This document shows, in pieces, positions 24,727-38,669 of a stretch of DNA of 64,000 nucleotides. Each line of letters starts with the position of its first letter. The stretch's first letter is position 1. A model generated the notes under the pieces. The model worked only from the letters and a program-made list of their open reading frames with translations. It was not told the origin of the DNA and did no database searches. Origin of the DNA: Octopus bimaculoides. Lineage: Eukaryota. Both the position numbers and the translations under genes were made by a program. The DNA is taken from assembly GCF_001194135.2 (NCBI RefSeq), contig NC_068985.1:17480210-17544209 (forward strand). The letters are read 5' to 3'.

Positions 24727-25439
24727 AACAACAAACAAGATGAGGACGAATATCCGTCAAATGTAAATAATGTAAATAATGTAAATAATTCCTCATCTCT
24801 TAAATATAGAACTGTTCTAGGCTTTACTCTCACATTTGGAATTTTCTCAACAGATTTAGCTGAGAATTAGATCATAAGCATATAGATGTTCCCACACACA
24901 GCTGGTCTTATACTCTTCTGTTATGGCCCAGAAAATTATAATAAAAAACAGGGAGCTGAGAACCAAGCTCTAATGAATGCCTACTCCACATACTAAATTC
25001 CTTGCTAAACATGTTGCCTATTCTCATCTTGTGCATGTTTGGAGGCCAGAGGCATAACTGATTCATCTGACACCATTATGTAACCTACTACAACAAGGTT
25101 CAATCCTCCTTGCAGTGTGGTGGCTTGTATATCTAAATGACACTGAGAGCTATGCCACAGGAGCACAAAATCCTTGTAGGGCCTCTCATGCTGGACAGGT
25201 CAAAGGATAAAAGGAAGATTAATAATAATAATCATCATCATCATCATCATTTAACGTCCGCTTTCCATGCTAGCATGGGCTGGATGATTTGACCGAGGAC
25301 TGGCGAACCAGATGGCTACATCAGGCTCCAATCTGATCTGGCAGAGTTTCTACAGCTGGATACCCTTCCTAACGCCAACCACTCCGAGAGTGTAGTGGGT
25401 GCTTTTACGTGCCACGAGGTAAAAATGGTTTGTGTAGCA

Positions 25440-25960
25440 CCCACACCTGTACCTAGAAAAAGACCTTCACCTGCATTTTATTCTTTAATGATCACCAGAC
25501 TATAAAGAGCAGTTTACTATAACTCTTTCAATTATTTTCATATAACTTGTCCCACCATCAGTTTGATGTTTCTCTAATAACATTTTTTTCCAGCATCTCC
25601 TTTGTTCATAGATGACAGATTCTACTACACCAGTCACTAAAGAATTACTCTTTTCCTTTACTACTTGATTGACTATGTAAGCAACTAGTGCATGTCCTTC
25701 TACTTTGTCAGATATTTTCAGTATCTTTTCTCTAATGGTTTGGCTACTTCTCAATCTTCATATCTTCAATGGCCATTTTGAGTGTGTAGCTGTTGATTTC
25801 AATAGCTGGTCCTCTGAAGAATCTGTATTTTGTAGTCCCTCTCTCGCTGTCATGTAACCTCTAATAAATGCCTCCTCCAACTCAGTGTCAGTGAGAGGAA
25901 GTGCATTATAATCATAATATATATTTTTTTTCACTAACAATGTCCTGATTCATACCAACT
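25440..25960 (-). mobile_element. Decayed RTE-clade LINE, region N-terminal to and entering the RT domain
   Basis: Two adjacent same-frame ORFs (25758-25940, 25500-25754) separated by a stop. KILKISDKVEGHALVAYIVNQVVKE and ERVIVNC..SGD..RIK resemble RTE EMLK......LV..IVNQVV.EG and IIVNCYKGKGD..NYRGIK. Confidence 0.6.
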
Positions 25961-26417
25961 GTTTTACAATCAGAATGCCTTGGGCCACTCATCTGCATAT
26001 TGCAGAACATTAGAAAACCTCTGCTTCTCTCTGATTGTCACTTGTCTCCCACTTTCTTTCATTTTTTGCTGTCTTTTTTGCTCTTACAGCTCTATCTACA
26101 ATACCCTTCCCCCCACCATAACATCCTCCAGCTGGCTAGTATTTCACTCCACCCATAGATCTATCTAGTCTGTGAATCGCAATGGGTTATTTCATAGGAA
26201 TTGAGGATTGTCTTCTGTGCTTTTAAGGTTCCATGTCTCTATCCCCTTCTCTTTCTCAACATATATATTACCTAGTACTTCTCTGGACCTACATCCAGAT
26301 TCTTTGTCAAGGAAAGACATGTCATATCAATTCTAAAGGCAAAGACGAATTATGTATTGATGCATAGGAAACTATCACAACCAAATATTAGACTCAGAAT
26401 ATAATGTAGTATGTTTT

Positions 26418-26496
<79 letters not shown>

Positions 26497-26534
26497 TTGA
26501 TGCACTGGTTTATTGATTTCTGTAAATGACATGT

Positions 26535-26577
<43 letters not shown>

Positions 26578-27346
26578 GCATACACACATGTGTACATGTG
26601 ACAGGATTCTGCACAGTTTCAGTTTACTGAATTCCACTTACAAGACATTATTTAATATGAGGATCGAACTAGTATTTTTTTAATCACAAAGTCACATTTT
26701 TACTCAAGGTCACAAAATATACAAATTAACTTCACCAAGCTCCCCTCCTGATTAAATCAGAACTATAAATGGTTAAAATAAGTCAACAGCACAATGAAAT
26801 TAAACGATGAAATAGTGAACATTAACAAAGATACACATTTTCTCATTGAGAGGGTGTGATGGAATATTTGTCAGTATGTCATCAGCATAACATAACTTAA
26901 AGCATCCCATAGTTGGTAATGACTGGGTGTTACCAACAATTTATTCTAGCAGATAAACTGATAATATAGCAGAAAACTTAACCCCTGACGGCATGAGAAA
27001 GCCACCTTGTTGTTCAACAAAGCAAGCCATAATTAATAATTTGGCCATATTGTTATTATTTGTATCTTTAAACACACATATACACATGCACTAATAATCT
27101 TGTTCTCATAGCATAATCTGTAGAAGAGTTGCAGAAACAGTGCTAAACCATCGAACAATGATCTAAACTCTAAGAGCCTAAAAGACTGCCAAGGCAAAGA
27201 ACAAAAGTGCTAGTTTGTAACACAGAGAGAGAGCACAAAATCCTAAAACTTTCCCATGTATGAAAGGAATAGATACAATCTTGGTATTGAATATTCAATG
27301 CACAAAAAGTGTAGCGGAATCTTTGATATACTTAACAGAAATCTAA

Positions 27347-27578
27347 AGGTGGCGAGCTGGCAGAAGTGTTAATGTGCTGGGCGAAATGCTTAGTGGTATT
27401 TCGTCTGCTGTTATGTTCTGAGTTCAAATTCCACCGAGGTTGACTTTGCCTTTCATCCTTTCGGGGTCGATAAATTAAGTACCAGATACGCACTGGGGTC
27501 GATGTAAACGACTTAATCCCTTTGTCTGTCCTTGTTTGTCCCCTCTATGTTTAGCTCCTTGTGGGCAATAAAGAAATA
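27347..27578 (+). mobile_element. tRNA-derived SINE, family B, full length with TSD
   Basis: Head aggtggcgagctggcagaa...gagttcaaattcc; central domain gactttgcctttcatcctttcggggtcgataaattaagtaccag; tail gtgggcaataaagaaata; TSD agaaatctaa at 27337-27346 and 27579-27588. Confidence 0.85.
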
Positions 27579-27827
27579 AGAAATCTAATGTATGGAACAA
27601 TAAGTAGTAAGGGTAACCATGAAACAAAGTTCATGATCAGTTCAGACTGGAAGTTTTTTTTCTTCTTTTTTTCAATTCCGCATCTGGTGATAACAGCGAA
27701 AGCAATAGTTTGATTTTGGAGAAGTACTTGCTTGGCAAATGATTTGGTCTGGGGCTATGTGTTGAAACTAAAACAACTGCAAATATTAGCCATTCGGAAA
27801 CACACAGAAACCATTAACTTCACTTAA

Positions 27828-28047
27828 CCTTTTAGCCTTCAGATTAATTTGTCAAAAGTAATCCTTATTTATTCACATTAAAAAAAAATTATCCGATATT
27901 ATTTTGTAGCTTCAAGATAGGAAAGATGTAATTGCTTATTTTTAGAATGACATTGCAGGGCAGGTGTGAGAGGCTGGTTCTGGCCAGTTTGAGCATAAAA
28001 TGTGTAGAATATCTGGGCCGGATACAGCCGGTTTAAACATTAAAGGG
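27828..28047. mobile_element. Short non-autonomous DNA element flanked by TTAA (piggyBac/Kolobok-like)
   Basis: TTAA-ccttttagc ... attaaaggg-TTAA; short imperfect TIRs. Confidence 0.55.
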
Positions 28048-29629
28048 TTAAACATTGCAGTGGAATAGTGTCAGTAACCAGGTGATGGTTGCAATTGATG
28101 CGATGGAAATTTTGATACCAAATAACAAATGTTTAAGTGAAGTTAATAGTGTGTGTGTGTGTGTGTGTTTGAATGATTAATATGTGTCTTCCATGCTGTA
28201 ACTACAATAGGATGATGTGTGGGAATAAAAGGAAAAAGGAAGGTTTCTTTTTCTCTTCCCACCTCTCATCCTTCTTATGACTTATCACTGTCATTCACAG
28301 CAATAGCAATGACTGACATTAATCTTTGCTATTGTTTGACCCAGGTTAACTCTGATCAAGCAGATATATAATCAAAGGCGTTCCAGAAGTGACCATTCCA
28401 TCATTTTTCTTTTTCGTGTCAGATATGATATTTAGAACCATATTATCCAATGTACCGTTCCACTTTTAAGACACTCTAATGTGATTGCAAATAGATTAGA
28501 CCGCTATTTCTAAGAGGTCAAGAAACTGCATGGTGGCTCCTTAACATTAATTTAGATAATAGATGCAAGTTATTTTTGAATCTCCTTTAAAACCTTTGAC
28601 ACTGTAAATCAACATTAAGAGGTTTATTTCTATTATTTAATATTTCTTATTTTCTTCAAGCCTGTTTGCATTGCACATCTGCACACCCACATACCAACAT
28701 AATGGAACATGCTCTGTGTGCGTGTGTGTATTTTATCCATAACCATGTGTCCAAGAAAATATATATTGTTTCTCATGGATGCACTCTCTTTCTCTCCTTT
28801 CTTCTCTCAAGCTTTCTTTGCATGTATCTCACATCTTAATATTTTTAACAGAAAATATATATATAACAAAATATTAAAACTGAAATTCTTTCTCATTTAT
28901 AAAGATACAATGTTGCAAAATACTTCAGATTTATTATACTGAATCATCACTTTTTACACATATACATATTCATATAAACATACAAAGATATACATACATA
29001 CACGTCTGTGTGTATATGCGTGTGCATACATGTGTCTATGTGATTGCTTTACATCTGTGTGCTTCTCTAAAAACTGCAGAGCTACAAGCAGTGATGTGTA
29101 TTGGTTTGTTTACATCCTCATAACTTAGCAGTTTGGCAAAAAAAACCCTCATAGAATAAGTGCCACACTTTAAAAAGAAAAAAAGTACTGAGGTCAATCT
29201 GTTCAACTAAAACCCTCTGAGGTAGTGCTCCAGCATAGCCAGAGTCAAATGACTGGAATAAGTGGAAAATAAAAATAAAACAACTTGTTTAGAACATATT
29301 TGTGTATTTTAAACCAAGTATGAATGTAAGAATGCAAAAAACATATAAAAAGTCAACAAAAGTAAATTCAACCAATTTACTTAGTTCTGATTCCATCAAA
29401 CAAGACACACTTCATGTGTCTACATTTGTACTTTGTATGAAATACATAGAGACAAAGGCATTGCTGTGCAATTAAGAAGTTTGCTTTGAAACATGGTTAT
29501 GTGCTTTCAGATATAATCCCAAATTGTGGCACATTGGGTAAGCATCTTTTACCATAGTCCCAGAGTCACCAATGCCTTATGAGTGGATCTGGTAGATGGA
29601 AACTGAAAGAAGCTCACCATGTATCTATA

Positions 29630-29676
<47 letters not shown>

Positions 29677-32600
29677 NNNNNNNNNNNNNNNNNNNNNNNN
29701 NNNNNNNNNNNNNNNNNNNNNNNNNNNNNNNNNNNNNNNNNNNNNNNNNNNNNNNNNNNNNNNNNNNNNNNNNNNNNNNNNNNNNNNNNNNNNNNNNNNN
29801 NNNNNNNNNNNNNNNNNNNNNNNNNNNNNNNNNNNNNNNNNNNNNNNNNNNNNNNNNNNNNNNNNNNNNNNNNNNNNNNNNNNNNNNNNNNNNNNNNNNN
29901 NNNNNNNNNNNNNNNNNNNNNNNNNNNNNNNNNNNNNNNNNNNNNNNNNNNNNNNNNNNNNNNNNNNNNNNNNNNNNNNNNNNNNNNNNNNNNNNNNNNN
30001 NNNNNNNNNNNNNNNNNNNNNNNNNNNNNNNNNNNNNNNNNNNNNNNNNNNNNNNNNNNNNNNNNNNNNNNNNNNNNNNNNNNNNNNNNNNNNNNNNNNN
30101 NNNNNNNNNNNNNNNNNNNNNNNNNNNNNNNNNNNNNNNNNNNNNNNNNNNNNNNNNNNNNNNNNNNNNNNNNNNNNNNNNNNNNACTAACTGAAACAAG
30201 TAAAGGATGCTGAGTAACCTTGTACCCCCTCTACAGCAAGACACCTGTATCTGTCTCACTATAACCTTTTCATAATCATCTCCTCAAATGCCTCCTCCTC
30301 TCTTAAAAGATTTTTTTTTTTTTTTGTCTTGCAAGTACTTGGTCAAGTACTTGTCAATGCAGGTGCCACTTAGAAGCACCCAGTTCACACTGTAAAGCGG
30401 TTGGTGTTCGGAAAGGCATCCAGCTGCAAAAACTTTGCCAAAATTGACCTCGCCTGTGCTTGTGCCACGTGAAAAGCACTACTCACCTCACCTGTGCTTG
30501 TGTCATGTAAAAAGCACTAAGTCCACTTTGCTGAGTGGTTGGTGTTACAAAGAGCATCTAACTGAAAATCTTGCCAAAACAGCCACAGAAATTTGGTGCA
30601 GGCTTTGGCCTGGCTAGCTTTGTGGAACCATCCCACCCATGCTAGCATGTAAGATGGACATTAAACAATGATGATGATGACACACACACACCAATACATA
30701 TATATATACACACGTGTGTGTGTGTGTATGTGCTTGTATTTGTCCCACAGCATTGATTCACAATTGGCTTTTGTTTGTTTACATCCACACATCTTAGCAG
30801 TTTAGCAAACGAGATCAACAGATTTAAAAATAAGTACTGGAGTTGATTTGTTCAACTATACCATCCAATAACTGCAACAAGTATAACCAACAAGATAAAG
30901 GGGTGCCCCAGCATGGCCACAATCCAATGACTGCAACAAGTAAAAAGTAAAAATGCTGTTTCATTCTGAATCCTGGATTAGTCCTCAAATAATATATTCT
31001 TATTTATTGAGAGACTAAATAATTAATAAGCAGTTCTCTTTATTATAGAATAGATGTTGTGCAGATAATGGTGTGTGTTGGTGTGTATTATTCATTATAT
31101 ATATTATAATATATTATGTTACATAGGGATAGGAAAACAGAGTATACTCTCCTGTCATATAATTAACTATTCTCCAGACTTAATGTAAGTAGGTCAATAG
31201 CTTCCACAACCTTTTCTGATTCAACTATAAATATATTTTTAGTATGTCTCTGTCTTTGAGCTAAGAAAGAAAAAAAGATGTTCCGTGGATAGTTCCAGCA
31301 ACAGGCCAAACTTTTATTACTGACTTTCTTCTTTATCTTACTTCTCCTCCCTCCCATATCTTGTCTATGCTACTCCTCTTGTTCATAGGTTCTGGCAACA
31401 GACAATTTTCTGCAGTAACACTACACTTATATTCTCTAGTAAGTTGCTGTAGATAACAAAGGAAATCCTAACATGCATACAAGATATTTGTTAAATATAA
31501 TTACTATAGGGTAATAAAATCTGAAAATATTCCTATCAGTTATCAGGTTGTTCAATGTTAAACATAACTTTATTTATGGTTACACATACACAAATATAAA
31601 TATACATGTGTAAGTAAATATATATATATATGAGTATATATCTACATATCATGTAAATATATGTGTGTGTTTTAACCATTTATACTCAAAATACTAAATT
31701 TTTCTCTCCCTTAAATATTAGTATTACTTTTCAAAACATTTTGTTTAGCAAACATTTATTTTCCTTTTGCTTTTGTCTAATTTCATATCCATTTTCATTC
31801 CATACAATTTTTAAAATTTGATTAGCCCATCAACTTCTAATCAAAGAATAATATTTTTATTTTCATCTTTTGCACCATTGACATAAGCCTTGTGATAAAT
31901 CATAAATATCTCTCAATAAAGAGCAAGCTAGTAAAATTGGTCAAAACAGTACCAAGCTATGAGTGAATTTGATGGAAACTACTGTTTGCTAAACTACAGA
32001 TTTTGGGGTAGGGGACTGTCATTTGAAGCTGACCATTCTTCTTTTTGTACATGTATGGGTAGGCCTGAGCAAGATATCACACAGGAGAGAGACAGTTTCC
32101 CATACATGCAAGTCCCCCTATCCTTGTCACCTATGTTTATCCGAAGGAAAGGCTACCAACTTTGAATAATACACCTTGGCACCAGTGTCATTGCAGGCAT
32201 CACTACCAAAATGCGAAGGGCTGGAACAGATACTGCAAGACATCTTGCTCAATCATTTAACAGTTCCACTAATTCACTGTCCTGAATTGGTGGTTTTGTT
32301 ACTGACCCCGAAAATATGAAAGGCAAAATTGACCTCGGCAGTATTTGAACTAAAAGCACAGAGAATCAGGATACTGTAAGGCATTATTCTATCCAATACT
32401 CTAATGATTCTGCCATTTTGCCACCTTAAATAACTTCTTTACTAACTTAGACAAGAAAAGAAGCCATGAAAATGGCAGTCACAGCAAACACTTCTTCACT
32501 GGTTACAACAGACTCTTTATAGACTCTGGCCAATGTTGTCACCTAGATGAAGCAATCAAAATACATATCAATGGTGTTTCTTTAGCTATTATATCAATGT

Positions 32601-32929
32601 TGTTTTTTCATTTAAGAGAGATCAATTGGTATTTGGTGGTGCTACAATGTTCTTTTATATCTTTCCAATTTTTTCAACCCAATAAAATCAATAGATTCAT
32701 TACAGATATCCATTAAAGTAATGAGTTCCTCTTTTATGTATCAAGAACTTTCTAGAAACAAACAAAACGAAAACAATAACACAGACACTTCTATTTTACT
32801 AATGTTCCCAAAATTTCACATACAATGCAGTTTGGAAGAGAAATGGGTGGCACATTTAAAGGTCTTAACCGAAGGTACTCAACCAGAAAATTCAGAACAA
32901 TATCCTTTCAAGGATACATTTTGATGATG

Positions 32930-33200
32930 AGTGAAAGACTTCAAAGTAGCATTAGAAAAACGAGTCCCCCTCCCCCATATAAAACAACTCAATTCTGAAT
33001 TCAATGAGGACACTCAGAGGAAGCACCAGCCTAAATATGGCAGTAATATTCAATGCAAGATCAAATGGTGGCCTTATAGTGATACAAGATACTCTCAGGC
33101 ATTAAAAAAGAGATCCAGCCTTCTTAGCAGCTGCAAGAGAGACCTTTGGTCAAAGTCAATACCAGAAGAACAAAAGACAGAGTTAACAGAAACAGGATAG
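32930..33200 (+). mobile_element. Possible decayed RTE-type LINE fragment (endonuclease-RT linker)
   Basis: One frame reads AAARETFGQSQYQKN, resembling the AA.E.LG...RK.QDWF linker; heavily degenerate. Confidence 0.3.
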
Positions 33201-33536
33201 GAACTCAGATTGCACTTGAACAAAACTAAACATTGTATGACATCTTAGTTTAGTGTTTTAACACTTCTGCAGAATCACCAAATATTAAAGTCTTTGAAGA
33301 AGGTTTTAAACCCCTTGAGATCAATGTGCCTGAGACTGCCTTAGATTCTGATACAAAACTTGTTTTAAAGTGTTCATGCCTAAATTAAATCCTTCAATAA
33401 TAATTTTATCTAAGAAACATTTTGGTAAAATTAAATTCCAAAAAATTAAACTTTATTAAGGCAAAAAATTTTGGTGGGAGGAGTTAGTCGATTAAATCAA
33501 CTCTAGTACTTGACTGGTGCATTATTTTATCAACTC

Positions 33537-33765
33537 AGGGTGGCAAGATGGCAGAATCATTAATACACTGGGCAAAATACTTAGTGCTGTTTCGTCTGCT
33601 GTTACAGTCTGAATCAAATTCTACCGAGGTCGACTTTGCCTTTCATCCTTTCGGAGTCAATTAAGTACCAGTTATGCACTGGGGTTGATGTAATCGACTT
33701 AATCCCTTTGTCTGTCCTTGTTTGTCCCCTCTATGTTTAGCCCCCTGTGGGCAATAAAGAAATAA
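33537..33765 (+). mobile_element. Family B SINE nested in an older minus-strand SINE
   Basis: Same sequence as 27347-27578; 15-bp TSD ttattttatcaactc (33522-33536) / ttatttcatcaactc (33766-33780). Confidence 0.85.
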
Positions 33766-34911
33766 TTATTTCATCAACTCTGAAAGGATGAAAGGGAAAA
33801 CTGACCTTGGCAGAATTTGAACTTACAATATAATGAACCAGAATAAACACCATGAGGATTCTGCCCATTATTCAGCCTAAAATTAACTTCAATAATAAAA
33901 AAGTCAGTTATTTTCTTAAATTCCTACAAATAATTCGTTGATTCTAAAATTAATTAAAAACACAGACAGTGTATTTCATTAAAGAAAAATGTATGGTAAT
34001 GAATAAGTTAATGTAGAATCACCAACTTATATAAAAGAAATGTGTGGGAAGTGATTTTGTATTTCACTACAGTTGACTTATTTCTTCTTAATTACTTATA
34101 ATTCATCAGCATAATCTAGTTTCAGAACTGTTTTTCTTCTCCAGTAACACATGTTATACACTAACGCAGGTGCATGCAGACAGACATACATGTACATGAC
34201 AAGCTAAAATGTTTTGCTCATATGTATATGCATCTATTTATGTATGGTTCTTGTATGTATGTGCATGTATGTATATACGTATGATGTATATATGCATGTA
34301 TTTATATATGTGTATGTATGTATATGTGAATGTATTTATGTATGAATATATGAGTGTGTATGTAAGTATATAGGTATGCATGTGTATGTATGCATGTATA
34401 TATGTATAATTTTAAGCATATTTATATGAAGCACATGCATTATCTTTAGTACTTCTTAGCTTAAATAATTATAAACCAGTGAAGGAAGTTGTCAACAAAT
34501 ACGACTAATCTTCTCATTATTTTACAATTTTTTATAGGATTTCCTGAAGAATTTGTAAGACCTAATCTCTTCATTTTATATAGAGATAAATGTAAAATAT
34601 ACCACAACTTAATGACTTACAGAAAGAGTGTAAGAAAATGTCCATTCCTCACCACAGGAAATCTCACACTCGGTCTAGATTGATATAAATGAATGAAATT
34701 AAAGCAATGATGCAACAACGCACAGGCATGGCTTAGTAGTGAAGAGGCTTGCTTTGCAAAACACATGGTTTCAGGTTCAGTCAGTCCTCCTGAGCGGCAC
34801 CTTGGGCAAGTGTCTTCAACTATAGCCCTGGGTAAGTGTTTTTTACTGTAGCTCTGACCTGATCAATGCCTTATGAGTGAGTTTGGTAGATGGAAACTGT
34901 GAGGAAGCCCA

Positions 34912-34985
<74 letters not shown>

Positions 34986-36217
34986 TTAATTATGGATAAA
35001 AGCATTTAATGATTTTATCAAGTGGCATGCATGTGTGTGTGTGAGTGAGTGCACATGCACCACCACCTCCATTGACAACTGGTGTTGGTTTGTTTATAGT
35101 CATGTAACCAAGTGGTTTGGAAATAGAGACCGATAGGGTAAGTACCAGGCTTTGAAGGGTGACTGAATACCCTTCAAAGCAGTACTTCAGCATGACTACA
35201 GTCTAATAACTGAAATCAGTAAAAGATAATGCAATTGAAAGATGCTGAATGATTAGAAACAATGGGGATTTCAGCTGACAAACGAGGTTCCACATGGTTA
35301 TTAAAATATGCTAGAAACAGTAGCCAAATATCTTTCAAGTCACCCACCATCATTATCACAAAGGAACAACACACTGCATTAGAGTATTTCATAAAGAGAA
35401 AAAGAGGTATAGTTAAGACTGGAACACACTTTATCATAGGGTTGCTGGATTAGGGTTGATCTGGGGATAACCAACAACAACAAGGATTTTGATAGCTAAG
35501 AATGTATTTAACATTACAGGGTTTTTTTTTTTAACTAATCTAGAATTTGCCTTAGACAATCTGTTTTACTCTTTTGCTAGTTTCAATCATTTGACTGAAG
35601 TGATGCAGGGGCATAATGCATTAAAAGAGTTTTTAGCTGCTCAAATCAACCCCTAGTTTCTAAGTCTAATACTTATTTTATTGGTCTCTGTTTTACTGAA
35701 CTAAGTTATGAGAATGGAAACAAGCAAACACTAATTGTCAAGTAGTGATAGACAAGCACAAAAACAACAGATTTCTACACTGTCTCTTTAAAATATATGT
35801 AGGTAAACCATCATCATCATTGTCCTTGTCCTCCTCATCATCATTTGACGTCCACTGTCAAATTCAGTCAAATGGTATTACTTGGCCCATAGCTATAGTT
35901 GAAGACAATTGCTCAAAGTGGTCATGCAGTGGAACTGAGCCCAAAAGTAGATGATGTTGAAGCAGACTTTTTACCACATCCATGCCTGGACCGATGATAT
36001 CTGCCTGTTATTGGAAAATCAATTACTCAGCTTCTCTCATGACCAGAAGTACATATTAAATAGTTTATCAGTCCTATTAACCAATTTAGTGCTATTTTTA
36101 TTCCTCTTTCTCCCGAGTACAGGATTCATATCCTTAGTTCAAGTATTATTTACCATCAAAATAATGATGAACTTAGTTTGAATATCCTACTTGAAATACT
36201 TACGAGAAATCAAAGTG

Positions 36218-36253
<36 letters not shown>

Positions 36254-36288
36254 CACACACACACACACATATATACATNNNNNNNNNN

Positions 36289-36337
<49 letters not shown>

Positions 36338-38223
36338 GTTTATGTATTTGTTTTGCAAGATTCATGATGTCAAGTTGTATGTTGAAACAGATATTGTTAT
36401 ATTTCTGTTAAGTGGTTGATATTAGGAAGAGCATCCAGGTGTAAAAACCATGCCACAACAGTCAACTAGAGTTTGGACAGCTCCCCACTTGGTCAGCTCC
36501 ATATCAAACCATCCAACCCATGCCAGCATGGAAAACAGACATTAAATGATGATAATGATGATGATCATCTTTTTTTTTTTTTTTTTGCCAAATAAACACA
36601 AGCACTATATATTCGCTTTTCACTTCAGATGAATTTTATTTATTATTTTTCTTATTTTATGTCCTCTGTCTGGAAATCTTTTGTCACATGTCCTGTGACC
36701 ACTTCAGCAACTCTCCATCCCATATATCTCCTCCTGTTCTCCTACTATAATTCCAATCCAACCAAAGCCCAGTGAGTGGATTTGATAGATGGAAACTGAA
36801 AGAAGCCCATCTTGCATATATATATACATTATATATGTGTGTGTGTGCATGCATGTGTGTTTCTCTGTGTATGTATTTGACAATCAATGTTGGTGTGTTT
36901 ACATCCCTGTAACTTAGCAGTTCAGCAAAAGAGACCAATAGAATAAGGACCAAGCTTGAAATCATAAATACTGAAGTCAATTTGCTTGACTAAATTCAAG
37001 GTGGTGCCCCAGCATGGCCACATTCTAATGACTGAAGCAAGTAAAATATAAAAGGGATACATCCAAATCCACTCACAAGGCTTTGGTCAGCCCAAGTCTA
37101 TAGTAGAAGACACTTGCTCAAGGTGCCACACAGTAGGACTGAACCCAGAACCATGTGGTTGGGAAGCAAGTTTCTTATGACACGGCCACTCCTGTGCCTT
37201 GAAGAACTTTTTTTTAGTCAAATGAACTGATTCTCAGTATTTATTTTTTGTAAAACCTAGTACTTATTCTATTGTTCTCTTTTTGCCAAACTGCTAATTT
37301 ACAGGGATATAAACCTGCCAGAACCGGCTGTCAAGTGGTGGTGGTGGTGGTGGTGGTGGCAATGGGGGGAACAAACACCAACACAAAGACACTTGCCTAA
37401 GGTGCCACACAGTAGGACTGAACCCAGAACCATGTGATTGAGAATCAAGTTTCTTACCACACAGTCACACCTGTACCTATGTATGAACACACACACACAC
37501 ACACATACATTACATGTTCAACCCATGCCAGCATGGAACATGGATGTTAAATAATGATGCTGATGATGATACATATGTATAATTACTTAAGAAATGCCAA
37601 TGATAATGGTTAGGAAAGACAAAGACAATATTTTTTGGTTTGTTTTTGTAGTTTTTTTTTTTTGTTTTCAAATATTTTTGTTTGACTAAACACAATAATC
37701 ATCATCAGCACCATCACTATAAAAACCGTTAGCAAGTATCACTTGTGCTTTCTAAATGTCATTTATTTCAATGACTTTTATTAGTCACCAGCTTATTCTG
37801 TCTTCAATAATTTCTTAGCCAAGCCTGTTGTAAGTGTTTGCACTGACTTAACTATTTGTTTACCACGTGGATGGCGTCACTAGGTCATTTCTTGCAGTCA
37901 TTATATAAACAAGTATGCTTAACTTCACCCAATTATTCATCCTTACATACTCGTCTCTCATTTACTGTCTGGCAAAATGTGTGAGCTAACCAAACTTATT
38001 CTCACTTCTAGCCATTTATTCTTTCATGGATTGTAGTAGTCATTAGACTGTGGCCATGCTGGGGCACTGCTGTCATGGATCTTAATCAGTTATACTCACA
38101 TTACTAATTTCTATTTACTGAATGGCTAAGTTCACCAAGTTTTCGTTTTAGTCTTTTTAAAGTGTTATTAACTCTTTTTGGATGACATAAATGACACAAA
38201 TCATTTATACAGGTATACATATA

Positions 38224-38255
<32 letters not shown>

Positions 38256-38349
38256 NNNNNNNNNNNNNNNNNNNNNNNNNNNNNNNNNNNNNNNNNNNNN
38301 NNNNNNNNNNNNNNNNNNNNNNNNNNNNNNNNNNNNNNNNNNNNNNNNN

Positions 38350-38390
<41 letters not shown>

Positions 38391-38391
38391 T

Positions 38392-38510
38392 CATTGGCAA
38401 TTTTCTTCCTCCGTCTTCCTTTCTATTGGACTTTCCTCTGTTTCTGAAGAAGAGTGTTGCTCGAAACGTTAAACCATCTTTCTGTCCTTCCCTGAGCATC
38501 TACTAATACA
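38392..38510 (+). mobile_element. Probable Penelope-like terminal-repeat fragment containing a hammerhead motif
   Basis: Pyrimidine-rich fragment surrounding the hammerhead core at 38440-38474; the left side is lost in (TA)n and an assembly gap. Confidence 0.55.
38440..38474 (+). ncRNA. Minimal type I hammerhead ribozyme motif (second family)
   Basis: GUUU-CUGAAGA-A-GAGU(guu)GCUC-GAAA-CG-UU-AAAC: stem I GUUU/AAAC, intact core, 4-bp stem II, ACGU stem III. Confidence 0.7.
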
Positions 38511-38669
38511 TGTACATACATACATATAAACAAAATATGGGTATTTAGTTCACAGGTGATGTAAACGACTAAGTATGCCAGGTAAGTGCTGTAACAGATT
38601 ATCAGGGCTCCAAGGTTATAGCCAAGACGGTAGTTATGGAGCCATTGTAGATTTCCGATATAGCGGATA

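Larger units (their letters stand above)
24425..24814. mobile_element. Young composite retroelement: tRNA-like head plus hammerhead-bearing tail, with an inverted second tail copy (Penelope-like architecture)
   Basis: 13-bp direct repeat ttctaggctttac at 24412-24424 and 24815-24827; near-identical inverted arms at about 24420-24532 and 24662-24776 (2-nt A indel); the spacer holds (att)n and a tRNA-like head. Confidence 0.85.

Noticed and set aside
31163-31357. ORF starting MGGRRSK as a possible PSKH1 N-terminus
   Set aside because: Lacks the MGC acylation start I recall for PSKH1, has no kinase motifs, and ends in a stop.
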